24,000 nucleotides of DNA from Reyranella sp. Lineage in GTDB: Bacteria; Pseudomonadota; Alphaproteobacteria; Reyranellales; Reyranellaceae. Below are positions 23,996 through 24,000 of the stretch, one piece after another. A program made the position numbers and the translations under genes. The stretch spans positions 1,757,422-1,781,421 of the forward strand of contig NZ_OZ257242.1 of the NCBI RefSeq assembly GCF_965279465.1. Reading direction: 5' to 3'. A model generated the notes under the pieces. It made no database searches. It was not told where the DNA came from and saw only the letters and a program-made list of their open reading frames with translations. The stretch's first letter is position 1; each line of letters starts with the position of its first letter.

Positions 23996-24000
23996 ATAGA

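Overview
The window is high-GC chromosomal DNA whose gene content and order look like a Bradyrhizobiaceae-type alphaproteobacterium; this is an inference, since no database search was possible. All calls come from reading the ORF translations and the nucleotides by eye. The ORF track prints GTG and TTG starts as M, which I verified at several sites, so I re-evaluated several start codons.

Gene content, left to right:
- A sulfatase module: the 3' part of an arylsulfatase gene, a Tat-signal beta-carbonic anhydrase, two tandem AraC paralogs, and a formylglycine-generating enzyme.
- A CPA2-type cation:proton antiporter.
- A crotonase-fold protein with a long N-terminal extension, laid out like DpgC.
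- A low-GC two-gene islet (a GSCFA-family protein plus an SGNH-like protein) next to tRNA-Gly(CCC).
- An acyl-CoA-dehydrogenase-fold gene start/stop-overlapped with a Cys/Thr-type proline-racemase-family gene (trans-3-hydroxy-L-proline dehydratase type).
- An inserted cassette of restriction nuclease, C5-cytosine methyltransferase and Vsr.
- A Cys/Met PLP enzyme, a TetR regulator and a ChaC-like gene.
- A chorismate mutase-hisC-tyrC operon.
- metX-metW, preceded by a structured leader.
- A PIN/Phd toxin-antitoxin pair.

The most interesting leads are:
1. The R-M-Vsr island. Its roughly 405-aa nuclease has a clear C-terminal E...PD...ExK core but an N-terminal half I cannot assign.
2. The anomalously AT-rich GSCFA/SGNH operon at the tRNA gene.
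3. A superfamily of nested palindromic repeats in which two subfamilies differ by exactly two compensatory base pairs. Several copies abut or include the stop codons of flanking genes.
4. A metX leader with a promoter, an aptamer-like segment (possibly SAM-II), mutually exclusive pairings and an intrinsic terminator.
5. An ACAD-fold protein with Asp at the catalytic-base position, coupled to the hydroxyproline dehydratase.

I saw no CRISPR array, rRNA, transposase or integrase.
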